Below are positions 31,162 through 40,512 of a stretch of DNA of 64,000 nucleotides, in pieces. This stretch comes from an uncultured Methylomirabilota bacterium (GTDB lineage Bacteria; Methylomirabilota; Methylomirabilia; Methylomirabilales; 2-02-FULL-66-22): NCBI GenBank assembly GCA_963705305.1, contig OY970067.1:800001-864000 (forward strand). The letters are read 5' to 3'. Every line of letters starts with the position of its first letter. Position 1 is the first letter of the stretch. Position numbers and translations under genes: made by a program. Below the pieces are notes generated by a model. The model was not told the origin of the DNA and did no database searches. It saw nothing but the letters and a program-made list of their open reading frames with translations.

Positions 31162-32529
31162 ATGGACAGCCTTCAAATTCTGGTGGTCGACGACGAGACA
31201 TCCCAGCGCGAGCTGATCGGCGGCTTCCTGCGCAAGCAGGGGCACGAGGTCCTCGCGGCCGGCGGCGGCGAGGAGGCCCTGCACCTGATCCGCCAGCAGC
31301 GGGTGGACTTGGTCCTGAGCGACTTCAAAATGCCGGGGATGTCGGGGGTCGAATTGCTGCGGGCCGTCAAGGCGATGAATCCCGAGATCCCCTTCCTCCT
31401 GATGACCGCCTATGGCACGGTGGAGACAGCCGTCCAGGCCATGAAGGACGGCGCCGCGGACTACCTCACCAAGCCGCTGGACCTGCAGGAGCTTCTCCTC
31501 CGCATCGGCCGGGTCGCGGAGCAGCTGTCCCTGCGCACCGCCGTGCGGGACCTCCAAGCGCAACTGGCCGAGAGGCACCGCGTGGAGGGGATCGTCGGCG
31601 AAAGCGGCCGCATGCAGGAGGTCTTGGCGCTGGTGAGGCAGGTGGCCCCCGCGGATGCTACGGTCCTCATCCGTGGGGAGAGCGGCACCGGCAAGGAGTT
31701 GATCGCCCGGGCGATCCATTTCAACTCGCCGCGCGCCAAAGGGCCCCTGGTCACCCTGAACTGCGCCGCCCTCCCCGAGCACCTCCTGGAGAGCGAGCTG
31801 TTCGGCCATGAAAAGGGCGCCTTCACCGGGGCCGCGGCCCAACGCAAGGGCCGCTTCGAACTGGCGGATGGGGGCTCCATCTTCCTGGACGAGATCGGCG
31901 ACCTGTCGCTCCCGCTCCAGGCCAAGCTGCTGCGGGTCCTCCAGGAGCGCCGATTCGAGCGGCTGGGGGGCACCCGGACCCTCTCGGTGGACGTGCGCAT
32001 CCTGGCCGCCACCCATCGGGACCTGGAGCAGGCCCTGCGGGACGGCGCCTTCCGCGAGGATCTCTACTACCGCCTCAACGTCGTGACCATCCAGATCCCG
32101 CCCCTCCGCGAGCGGCGCGACGACATCCCCCCGCTCCTGGACCATTTCCTCCCGAAGTTCGCCCGGAAGAACCACCGCGAGGTGACCGGCCTCACCGCCG
32201 CCGCGCGCGACGCCCTGCTCCGGTACGATTACCCCGGCAACGTGCGCGAGCTGGAGAATTTCGTGGAGCGGGCGGTGCTGCTGTGCCGGGGCCAGGTCAT
32301 CGACCTGGGCGACCTCCCGGTGGCTGTCCGGCCCCGCGAGGGATCCGCGCCGGAGCCGGAGCCACGCAGCCTCCCGGAGGTCGTGGCGTCCATCGAGCGC
32401 CAGGCCATCCGGGCCGCCCTGGACCGCCACGAAGGGGTGCAGACCCAGGCCGCCGAAGAGCTGGGGATCAGTGAGCGGGTCCTGCGCTACAAGATGAAGA
32501 AGTACGGGCTGGAGGGCCGGTCCTTTTGA
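31162..32529 (+). CDS. sigma54-dependent response regulator (ZraR/AtoC-like)
   Basis: REC domain, GESGTGKE, GAFTGA, FLDEIG, Fis HTH. Confidence 0.97.
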   Translation: MDSLQILVVDDETSQRELIGGFLRKQGHEVLAAGGGEEALHLIRQQRVDLVLSDFKMPGMSGVELLRAVKAMNPEIPFLLMTAYGTVETAVQAMKDGAADYLTKPLDLQELLLRIGRVAEQLSLRTAVRDLQAQLAERHRVEGIVGESGRMQEVLALVRQVAPADATVLIRGESGTGKELIARAIHFNSPRAKGPLVTLNCAALPEHLLESELFGHEKGAFTGAAAQRKGRFELADGGSIFLDEIGDLSLPLQAKLLRVLQERRFERLGGTRTLSVDVRILAATHRDLEQALRDGAFREDLYYRLNVVTIQIPPLRERRDDIPPLLDHFLPKFARKNHREVTGLTAAARDALLRYDYPGNVRELENFVERAVLLCRGQVIDLGDLPVAVRPREGSAPEPEPRSLPEVVASIERQAIRAALDRHEGVQTQAAEELGISERVLRYKMKKYGLEGRSF

Positions 32530-32565
32530 AGAAGCCGGCAGGCGGCGAGCCAGGCCCGTCCTTCG

Positions 32566-33231
32566 TCAGAAGGGGCTGTATTCGGCCCCCCCGTTCGGAC
32601 GGCCGGTGATGTCCGCCAGGTATTCCTCTTCCTCCCGGAGATGTCGGTCCAAGCTGTCCGCGGACGGGGCTCGCTCGGCCCGCTCCAGCCAGAAGGCATT
32701 CAACGCCGCGTCGATCGCCGCCGTGTGAATGCCGTCAACGTCGGCGTCCCGCCGGCAGGTCAGATACGCGACGATGGCCTTGGCCTCCTCCCGGCTGAAG
32801 ACCGACAGACGGAAGCGGGCATGATCCTCGCAGGTGATCGCCCCGTAGCGCCGCGGATTCACCGGGACGGCCCCGCCGGCCCTGCGAACCACGACGCGGG
32901 TTTTGGTCGGGACCCGCACCGACACCTCATGGAATCCGCCGGTCAGGTGGAAGAGCGGATCGGCCGACTTCAGCATCCCCAACAGATCCGCGACGAGGAA
33001 GGCGGGAAGGAAGAAGCGGAATCCCGCCTCGGAGAAGAAGCCGAGCGCGGAGGAATGGGCGTCCAGCAGATCCGCGCCGATCGCGCGCCAGTCCCGCTGC
33101 CCCCTGAAGGGGATGACCTCTTCGGCGGGCTCGCACCCTTCGGAGCTTCCCAGAAGAGAGGCGTCGCCCGGATACGGGGCTCCCTCGAAGGCCCGGCGGA
33201 TCTCCTCGATAACACCTTCCCTATCGGTCAT
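32566..33231 (-). CDS. hypothetical protein (DUF6714-like)
   Basis: IRRAFEGAPYPGD...FFSEAGFRFFLPAFL pattern; family label from recall only. Confidence 0.65.
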   Translation of the reverse strand: MTDREGVIEEIRRAFEGAPYPGDASLLGSSEGCEPAEEVIPFRGQRDWRAIGADLLDAHSSALGFFSEAGFRFFLPAFLVADLLGMLKSADPLFHLTGGFHEVSVRVPTKTRVVVRRAGGAVPVNPRRYGAITCEDHARFRLSVFSREEAKAIVAYLTCRRDADVDGIHTAAIDAALNAFWLERAERAPSADSLDRHLREEEEYLADITGRPNGGAEYSPF

Positions 33232-34489
33232 AGCGGACCTCTCGCCAGGGCTCCGCCACCGCGCGGGTGTGCTCTACGCTCAATCTGCCGCGCTTCACCA
33301 CCAGCCGGGGCTGGGCCAGCGCCGTGATGATCTCCTCGACCCGCTGGGTCTCCCACACGACGAGGTCGGCCTGCGCCCCGACGCGCAGCCCGTAGTCTGC
33401 GAGGCGCAGGATCCGCGCCGGGTACTCAGTCAGCATCGCCAGAGCCTGCCGGATCTCCGCCGGCGTGCCCATGTGGGCGGCGACCGCCAGCAGGTATCCC
33501 ATCAGGGGCAGGTGGGCCGTCCCTACCGGCGTGAAGGCGTTCCGCACGTTGTTCGAGGCCGCAGCCACCGGCACCCCGGCTTCCAGCAGCCGCTTCACGG
33601 GCGCCAGGCCGCGGCGGATGTTCCGCACATCCTTTCGCCCCATCAGGTAGAGATCGGTGGCGGGCAGCACGATCACCCCGATCCCAGCCTCCCGCAGCCT
33701 GCCGGCGATGGCCTCCTGCTCCTCCGGCGGGAGGGCGGCCAGCTCCGTGACGTGCCCCACCGCCACCCGCCCCTGCCAGCCGTGTCGCAGGGTTCGCTCG
33801 GCGATCTCCCGCACGTGCAGGTGGGTGGGCTCGTCGAAGAAGTCCACGTGGAAGTCGGCGTCCACGTCGAAGCGGGCGGCCAGACGGAAGACGATGTCGA
33901 TCTGGGCGACGGGATCCGAGTCGTTGTACGGGCAGCCCCCCACCAGGTCGGCGCCCCCCTGGAGCGCCTCGACCAGGAGCGCCTCGGTGCCGGGCGCCTG
34001 GAGGATCCCCTCCTGGGCGAAGGCGCAGAGCTGGAGGTCCAGGGCCGCCGCGTATTCCCGCTTCAGGGGGAGCAGCGCCTCCAGGCCTTTGAGGCCGACG
34101 ATCGGGTCCACTTCCACGTGGCTTCGCATCGCGGTGGTCCCGCATTTCACGGCCATGTCCAGCACCGCGCGGGCCCGCGCCCGGATGTCCTCCACGGTGA
34201 AGTGACGCTTGGCCTCGCCGGTCACCCGGATGGCCTCCTGGAGCGTTCCCTCCGTCCCCGGGGCGCGCTCGGTGAGCAGCCCCTTGTCCAGGTGCAGGTG
34301 GGCCTCCACCAACCCCGGGGTCGCCGCCCGGCCGTCGCAGGCGATGAGGCGCTCGGCGGCGTGTTCGCCGGCTTCTCCAATCCAGGCGATGCGGCCCGCC
34401 CGGCAGCCGATATCGGCCAGGCTCCCGTCCGGGAGGCGGCAATCCTGCAGGAGAAGATCGAAGGGGTCGGGTTCCACCGGCTGGCTCAT
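33221..34489 (-). CDS. amidohydrolase, cytosine/creatinine deaminase-like
   Basis: EAHLHLDK, FAQEG, DFHVD, VGHVT, ADLVV. Confidence 0.9.
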   Translation of the reverse strand: MSQPVEPDPFDLLLQDCRLPDGSLADIGCRAGRIAWIGEAGEHAAERLIACDGRAATPGLVEAHLHLDKGLLTERAPGTEGTLQEAIRVTGEAKRHFTVEDIRARARAVLDMAVKCGTTAMRSHVEVDPIVGLKGLEALLPLKREYAAALDLQLCAFAQEGILQAPGTEALLVEALQGGADLVGGCPYNDSDPVAQIDIVFRLAARFDVDADFHVDFFDEPTHLHVREIAERTLRHGWQGRVAVGHVTELAALPPEEQEAIAGRLREAGIGVIVLPATDLYLMGRKDVRNIRRGLAPVKRLLEAGVPVAAASNNVRNAFTPVGTAHLPLMGYLLAVAAHMGTPAEIRQALAMLTEYPARILRLADYGLRVGAQADLVVWETQRVEEIITALAQPRLVVKRGRLSVEHTRAVAEPWREVRYDR

Positions 34490-34561
34490 CCGCTTCACCT
34501 TCCGTCAATTCGAAAAGACTCCTGACGCTCCCGGATCCGACGAAGGGTCCGGAGGAGACGC

Positions 34562-35794
34562 CTACCTGACCGCAAAAGCCTCCAGGGCCTGGATGAAGCA
34601 GGCGAGCGGCGCCCGGGCCACTCCCGCGCCGATCTGGCCGACGCCCGGCTGCCTGCTGGCGATGCCCGTATTGATCATGGGCGTGATTCCCGTCTCGACC
34701 ACACGCCGGATATCGATGCCCACGGGAGTGCCGCGCTCGTCCAGGGTGGGGATCTTGAAGTGGGGATGCTCCCCCAGGCAGATCTCCGCCATCTCCTCGG
34801 TGGCCTTCACCGCATCCCGGTACCCCCCCGCGCCGACGAAGCGGACGACGGCGGGGGAGGCCGCCATGGCGAATCCCCCCAGGCCGATGGTCTCCACGAT
34901 GGCCGAGTCGCCGATGTCGGGGTTGGCATCCTCCGGCCCGAAGCCCGGGAAATAGAGCCCCTTGGGCATCTCCACCGGCGCGCTGAACCACCGGTCGCCC
35001 AGGCCGGCCACGCGAATGCCGAAGTCCGTGCCGTTGCGCGCCATGGTCGCCACCAGGGTCGAGTCGGCGACGGTCAGGCAGGGATCGGTTGCGGCCTTCC
35101 CCGCCGCCATGGCCAGGTTCAGGAAGAACTGATCGTTGCCGGCCACAAAATCGAGCGCGCGCGCGACGGCCGCCGCATTCGAGCCCGCGCGGGCCACGTG
35201 GGCGGCCAGCGCGCGCAGCATGAGGCCGGACGCCGCCACGTTCCGCTGGTGCATGTCGTCGCCCATCCGGACGGCCTGCGCCATCAGGCCACGGAGATCG
35301 ATCCCGCCGCCCGCCCGGACGGCCGCCCCCAGGAGGGGGCCCGCCTCGTCCCGCAGCCAGCGGAGCCGCTCCAGCACGCTGTCGTCGTTGGCCCCGAACC
35401 GCAGCACCTTGCCCATCCCCTCGTTGATGGTCACGCAGGCGCGGTTGCCCTGGGCCCGATTTTCCACGATGAACACGGGCATGGACGGCGTGATGATTCC
35501 CGTCATCGGTCCGACCGCCCCATGGTGGTGGCACGGGCCCAGCCGTATTTTTCCCGTGCGGACGAGGTCCAGCGCCGCGGCGTCGTCCGGGGCCCAGCCC
35601 TCGTACCGGATGGCGCACAGGATCGCCGCCCGCATGGTGGCGCAGGCCTGCTCCCAATCGAGCGGCGGCCCCGCATGCAGGACCGTGCGCCCGCCGAGGT
35701 CCATCGCCTGCCCGGCGGGAAGGCAGTCCACCAGGACCGGGTGCCCCTGCACCAGACGCTCCAGCGCCGCCTGATTGGCCGCCTTGATGCTCAT
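34562..35794 (-). CDS. DUF1116 protein (YlbE/AllG/YahG-like)
   Basis: LHAGPP, CHHHGAVGPM, LRFGA, MGDDMHQRN, RNGTDFGIR, PDIGDSAIVET, INTGIA. Confidence 0.9.
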   Translation of the reverse strand: MSIKAANQAALERLVQGHPVLVDCLPAGQAMDLGGRTVLHAGPPLDWEQACATMRAAILCAIRYEGWAPDDAAALDLVRTGKIRLGPCHHHGAVGPMTGIITPSMPVFIVENRAQGNRACVTINEGMGKVLRFGANDDSVLERLRWLRDEAGPLLGAAVRAGGGIDLRGLMAQAVRMGDDMHQRNVAASGLMLRALAAHVARAGSNAAAVARALDFVAGNDQFFLNLAMAAGKAATDPCLTVADSTLVATMARNGTDFGIRVAGLGDRWFSAPVEMPKGLYFPGFGPEDANPDIGDSAIVETIGLGGFAMAASPAVVRFVGAGGYRDAVKATEEMAEICLGEHPHFKIPTLDERGTPVGIDIRRVVETGITPMINTGIASRQPGVGQIGAGVARAPLACFIQALEAFAVR

Positions 35795-36567
35795 TCCGCT
35801 CCCTCGCGCCCGTTGGCTCTTCCTGATTCCCGTCCGGAGGGCCGCCGGGTTCGTCCCAGATAGGCCTGGATCACCGCGGGGTTCTGCCGGATGTCTGCGG
35901 ACGGCCCTTCCAGGGTGATGCGGCCGCGCTCCAGCACGTAGGCCCGGTCCGCGAGGGCCAGAGCCTGCGCGGCCATCTGCTCCACCAGCAGGATGGTGAG
36001 CCCCTCGCTCCGCAGGCGGCCGATGGCCTCGAAGATCTGCTGGATGAGCAGGGGGGAGAGGCCCAGCGAGGGCTCGTCCAGCAAGAGGACCCGCGGACGC
36101 GCCATGAGACCCCGGGCCAGCGCCAGCATCTGCTGCTGTCCCCCCGAGAGGCCGCCCGCCGGAAGCTCCAACCGCTCGCGCAAGGCCGGGAACAGGCCCA
36201 GGCCGCGCTCCAGATCCGCCGCCACGGCCGCCGGATCGCGGCCGTCCCGCCGCGCCAGCGCCCCCAGCAGCAGATTGTCCCGCACCGTCTGGTCGCCGAA
36301 GATGCCCCGGCCCTCCGGCACGAGGATCACCCCGCGTCGAGCGACCCAGTAGGACGGCCGGCCGCCGATGGGCTGGCCGTCCAGCAGGATGCGGCCGCCG
36401 GTCGGCGCGAGGACCCCGGCCAGAACTTTGAGCAGGGTCGTCTTGCCGGCGCCGTTGGCCCCGACGATGGCCACCGCCTCGCCCTCCCGCGCCTCCAGCG
36501 CCAGGTCGTGCAGGACGGGGACGGCGCCGTACCCCGCCGTGAGGCCGGTCACGCGTAGGACGCTCAC
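35791..36567 (-). CDS. ABC transporter ATP-binding protein (LivF-like)
   Basis: GTG start overlapping the upstream stop; GANGAGKT, LSGGQQQM, DEPSLGL. Confidence 0.93.
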   Translation of the reverse strand: MSVLRVTGLTAGYGAVPVLHDLALEAREGEAVAIVGANGAGKTTLLKVLAGVLAPTGGRILLDGQPIGGRPSYWVARRGVILVPEGRGIFGDQTVRDNLLLGALARRDGRDPAAVAADLERGLGLFPALRERLELPAGGLSGGQQQMLALARGLMARPRVLLLDEPSLGLSPLLIQQIFEAIGRLRSEGLTILLVEQMAAQALALADRAYVLERGRITLEGPSADIRQNPAVIQAYLGRTRRPSGRESGRANGREGAE

Positions 36568-38306
36568 GTGGCGGCCCCCAGGTACGCCTCGATCACGGCG
36601 GGGTCCCGCCGGACCACCTCCGGCGGCCCGCTGGCGATGACCCGCCCGTAATCCAGGACCGACACCTGATCGGAGACGGCCATGACCAGATCCATGTGGT
36701 GTTCCACCAGGACGATGGCCGGTCCACCCCGGTCGCGCAGGGCGGTCAGTTCGGCATCCAGCACCTCGATCTCGGCGGGGGACAGCCCCGCCGCCGGCTC
36801 GTCCAGGAGCAGCAGTCGGGGACGGGTGGCCAGCGCCCGGACGATTTCGAGCCGCCGCCGCAGGCCCGCAGGCAGCGACTCGGCCGGCCGATCCCCCCAC
36901 TCCGCCAGCCCCAGGCCCCGGACGAGGTCCCGGGCGCGGACCAGGAGGTCCCGCTCGCGGCGCCGGGCCGAGGGCGCCCCGACCAGGGCGGCCAGGACGC
37001 TCCCCAGGCGCCGCCCCGCCACGCCCACGGCCACGTTCTCTTGGACCGTGAGGTCGCCGAAGAGCTGGGCCGTCTGAAAGGTCCGCGCCACGCCGCGCCG
37101 GGCGATGGCGTACGGGGGGCGCCCGGCCACGGACTCTTCCCGCAGCCGGATGGCGCCGGCGTCCGGCGCATAGTATCCCGACAGCACGTTCAGCAGCGTG
37201 GTCTTCCCCGCCCCGTTGGGGCCGATGACGGCGTGAATCCCCCGGCTTGAAACCGTGAGGCTCACCCCCGCCAGCGCCGCCACCCCTCCGAAGGCGATGC
37301 TCGCCTCCTCCACGCGAAGGAGGGGCTGGTCGCCCGCCGGCAGGCCGGAGGCGCCGATCGCCTCCGCCGTCCCGGGCGCCGCCGCGGCCCCGGCAGGCGC
37401 GGGAGCGGACCGGCCGCGGAATGCCCGCGCGAACGCCCCCACCACGCCCGACGGCAGCCAATAGATCGAGACCAGGAGCAGGCTGCCGTACAGGATCAGG
37501 CGGTAGTCCTCGAGGCTCGTCAACAGCTCCGGCAGAACTGTCAGGACCAGGCTGCCGGCCACCGGGCCGCCAATCTCCCCCAGGCCGCCGAAGAGCAGCA
37601 CCAGCAGGAACACGATCGAGGTCTGGAGCGTGAAGCTGTCGGGCGAGACGTATCCGTTGAGGAAGGCGAAGAGTGCGCCGCCCGCCCCGGCGAACGCGGC
37701 CGAGACCGTGAAGGCCACGATGCGGACGTAGTAGGACGACAGCCCCAGCGACTCCGCCGCCACCTCGCTCCCCCGCACCGCCAGGAAGGCCCGCCCCCAG
37801 GCGGAGCGCCTCAGATTGGCCGTCAGCCACAGGGCCAGGGCCGCCGACCCGGCGATGATCCAGTACGAGCGCTCCAGGGAGAACTTGGGGATGTTGAAGA
37901 CGCCCCCGGGGCCGCCCGTCACCGAGACCCACTCGATCAGGACCCCTTCCACGATGATGCCGAAGGCGATCGTCACCATCGCCAGGTAGGGTCCCGAGAC
38001 GCGCAGGGCCGCCGCGGCCACGCCGGCCCCCACCAGGCTGCTGAGGAGAATGCCGAGCGCCGCCGCGGCCAGCGGGTGCCAGCCCAGTCTCGTCGCCGAC
38101 ACGGCCGCGGCGTAGGCGCCGATGGCGTAGAAGCCGGCGTGGCCGAGGGAGATCTGCCCGCTGAAGCCGACCAGGACGTTGAGGCCGGCGGTCACGATCA
38201 CCAGGAGGCCCACGCTGGCCGCGACATAGAGGTAGTACGTGTTGGCGGTGAGCAGGGGGAGGGCCACGGCGGCCAGCGCCAGGGCGCCCCAGCCGAGCTT
38301 GCCCAT
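36564..38306 (-). CDS. ABC transporter permease/ATPase fusion (LivM-LivG-like)
   Basis: GQISLGHAGF permease region followed by GPNGAGKT...DEPAAGL. Confidence 0.93.
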   Translation of the reverse strand: MGKLGWGALALAAVALPLLTANTYYLYVAASVGLLVIVTAGLNVLVGFSGQISLGHAGFYAIGAYAAAVSATRLGWHPLAAAALGILLSSLVGAGVAAAALRVSGPYLAMVTIAFGIIVEGVLIEWVSVTGGPGGVFNIPKFSLERSYWIIAGSAALALWLTANLRRSAWGRAFLAVRGSEVAAESLGLSSYYVRIVAFTVSAAFAGAGGALFAFLNGYVSPDSFTLQTSIVFLLVLLFGGLGEIGGPVAGSLVLTVLPELLTSLEDYRLILYGSLLLVSIYWLPSGVVGAFARAFRGRSAPAPAGAAAAPGTAEAIGASGLPAGDQPLLRVEEASIAFGGVAALAGVSLTVSSRGIHAVIGPNGAGKTTLLNVLSGYYAPDAGAIRLREESVAGRPPYAIARRGVARTFQTAQLFGDLTVQENVAVGVAGRRLGSVLAALVGAPSARRRERDLLVRARDLVRGLGLAEWGDRPAESLPAGLRRRLEIVRALATRPRLLLLDEPAAGLSPAEIEVLDAELTALRDRGGPAIVLVEHHMDLVMAVSDQVSVLDYGRVIASGPPEVVRRDPAVIEAYLGAAT

Positions 38307-39175
38307 CAGACGCGCCTCGCCGGGCGGGCGCCCAAGAGCCCCCACGGGCGGACCACCAAAACTAGGATCACCAGGCCGAACCCCACGATCTCCCGCACCC
38401 CGGTGGAGATGTAGCCGGACACCAGGGACTCCACCAGGCCGTAGCCCAGCCCGGCCACCACGATCCCCGGCGCCGAGGTCAGGCCGCCGATGATGGCCAC
38501 GGCAAAGGCCTTGAGGCCGATGATCGTCCCCATGGTGGCGGCCACGTTCAGGATCGGCGCCAGGAGGATCCCCGCCACGCCCGCCAGCAGGGCGGACAGC
38601 GCGTAGGCGGACATCACAGCGCGGGGAATGTGGATCCCCATCAGGCCCGCCGCCTCGGGATTGAAGGCCACGGCCTTGAGCTGCTTGCCGTAGGGGGTGT
38701 GGTGGTAGAAGAACTGGACGGCTCCCATGAGCAGCAGGCCGACGACGGGGATGAGCAGCTCCTGCGGGTAGAAGCCGGCCCCGCCCAACAGGATGGGCCG
38801 CTGGGTCAGGGCCGACGGAAAGGCGCGGGCGTCCTTCCCGAAGAGCAGCATGGCCGCGTTCTCGGCGATGATGCCGCAGGCGATCGTGGAGAGCAGCCAG
38901 GCCAGGGAGGCGGTGCGGAAGAAGGGCCGCACCGCCACCCGCTCGATGAGGATCCCCAGGCCCGCCAGGACCACCAGCGTCGCCAGACAGGACGGCAGGA
39001 ACGGCCAGCCCAGCCCCACGAAGAAGGCGTACGCCACCACCGCCCCGGCCATGACCGACTGCCCCTGGGAGAAGTTCATGGTGCGGCTGGTGACCCAGGT
39101 GATCTGGTATCCCAGGGCCACCAGCCCGTACATGCTTCCCAGGGCGATGCCGGTGACGATGAGCTGGACGAGCAC
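38306..39175 (-). CDS. ABC transporter permease (LivH-like)
   Basis: YGLVALG...NFSQG, KAFAVAIIGG, RPWGL. Confidence 0.93.
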   Translation of the reverse strand: MLVQLIVTGIALGSMYGLVALGYQITWVTSRTMNFSQGQSVMAGAVVAYAFFVGLGWPFLPSCLATLVVLAGLGILIERVAVRPFFRTASLAWLLSTIACGIIAENAAMLLFGKDARAFPSALTQRPILLGGAGFYPQELLIPVVGLLLMGAVQFFYHHTPYGKQLKAVAFNPEAAGLMGIHIPRAVMSAYALSALLAGVAGILLAPILNVAATMGTIIGLKAFAVAIIGGLTSAPGIVVAGLGYGLVESLVSGYISTGVREIVGFGLVILVLVVRPWGLLGARPARRV

Positions 39176-39176
39176 C

Positions 39177-40355
39177 CTACTGCATTCCGACGGGAACGAT
39201 CTTCCCGTGTTTCCAGACCACCATGATGTAGTCGTTGTCGGTCAGGGCGTCGTGCTGCTCGGCCGTGAAGGGCGGGTGGTAGGTCTTGACCAGCCCCACG
39301 TACTCCGCCTTGAGGCTTTCCAGGGCGTCGCGAACTTTGGGCCCCTCCGTGGAGCCCGCCTGCTGTATTGCCAGCGCCACGAGGTGCATGCCGTCGTAGG
39401 CGTCGGCCGTCCCCACGGGGGCGATGACGTCCTCCGGCCCCTTCACGCTGTACTTGTCCTTGAGGGCTTTGAGGACGGCCTGGCCGCGGGCGTTCTGCTT
39501 GCCGAAGAACGAGTAGGTCTGGAGGAACGCCACACCGTCCGAGAGGTCACCTGTCAGCTCGGCGAAGTGGCCGCCGGAGATTCCCCAGTGGGACACCATG
39601 GGGACGTTCCAGCCGATCTTGGCGCGCGACTTCACCACCTGGGCCCCCTCGGGGGCGTTGGCCACCAGGATCACCACGTCCGCCCCGGCCTCCTTCAGCC
39701 GCAGCAGCTGCGGGCTCATATCGGGATCGCCCCAGTTGAACTTCTCGATGCCCACCGGCTTCACGCCCTTCTCCCCCAGCCACTTGAGCAGGCCGACCTG
39801 GTTGGACTGTCCCCAGGCCGTGTTCTCCAGCAGCAGGCCGGGGTGCTGCTTCTTCAAGGTCTCCAGGGCGTAGCGGGTCAGAAACTTGTCCGCGTAGTCG
39901 TCGTTGGCCGAGACGCGGAAGGCGTAGTTGGGCTTCTGGCCGTTTTGCGTCACGTTGGTGGCCGCCGCCCAGGGGTCCATGTAGGGCGTCTTCAGCTCTT
40001 GCCAGACCGGGACCTCGGCCAGCGCCACGGTGGAGTGCAGGCCGCCGAAGACCACCACGGCCTTCTCCCGCTCGATCAGCTCGCGGGCGATGGTCACCCC
40101 TTTGGCCGGGTTCCCCTCATCGTCCCGGATCACCAGCTCCAGCTTGCGGCCCTGGAGCAACCCGCCCTGGGCGTTGATCTCGTCCATCGCTATCTGGATG
40201 CCCCGCTTGATCGCCTCCCCCGAGGTGGCGGAGCCGCCGGACATGGCCGCCGCCAGGCCGATCTTGATCGGCTCCTGGGCCCGGGCCGGGGCCGATGGGA
40301 GGAACGAGACCAGCGCGGCCAGCCAGACGATCAGCACTACCGAAACGCGTCGCAT
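39177..40355 (-). CDS. ABC transporter substrate-binding protein (LivJ-like)
   Basis: Signal peptide, PIKIG, INAQGGL, RDDEGNP. Confidence 0.93.
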   Translation of the reverse strand: MRRVSVVLIVWLAALVSFLPSAPARAQEPIKIGLAAAMSGGSATSGEAIKRGIQIAMDEINAQGGLLQGRKLELVIRDDEGNPAKGVTIARELIEREKAVVVFGGLHSTVALAEVPVWQELKTPYMDPWAAATNVTQNGQKPNYAFRVSANDDYADKFLTRYALETLKKQHPGLLLENTAWGQSNQVGLLKWLGEKGVKPVGIEKFNWGDPDMSPQLLRLKEAGADVVILVANAPEGAQVVKSRAKIGWNVPMVSHWGISGGHFAELTGDLSDGVAFLQTYSFFGKQNARGQAVLKALKDKYSVKGPEDVIAPVGTADAYDGMHLVALAIQQAGSTEGPKVRDALESLKAEYVGLVKTYHPPFTAEQHDALTDNDYIMVVWKHGKIVPVGMQ

Positions 40356-40512
40356 CAAAGCCTCCTTGGCGGGATGGCACCCGCAACCACAACACCCCCC
40401 AGGTGAGTCACACCGGCGATTTCTCGAAGGCAGGCGCACGACCGGAGTGGCTGTCTATTTACCACGAATAGCGCAAAAAGGAAATCATCTCGGTGGCGGG
40501 TTCGCGGCCCCC

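Noticed and set aside
36568..37932. 713-aa ORF 35791..37932
   Set aside because: Only the part from GTG 36567 is a LivF-like ATPase; the rest is an off-frame overlap with the upstream gene
36564..38306. Permease-ATPase fusion as a novelty
   Set aside because: LivM-LivG fusions are common
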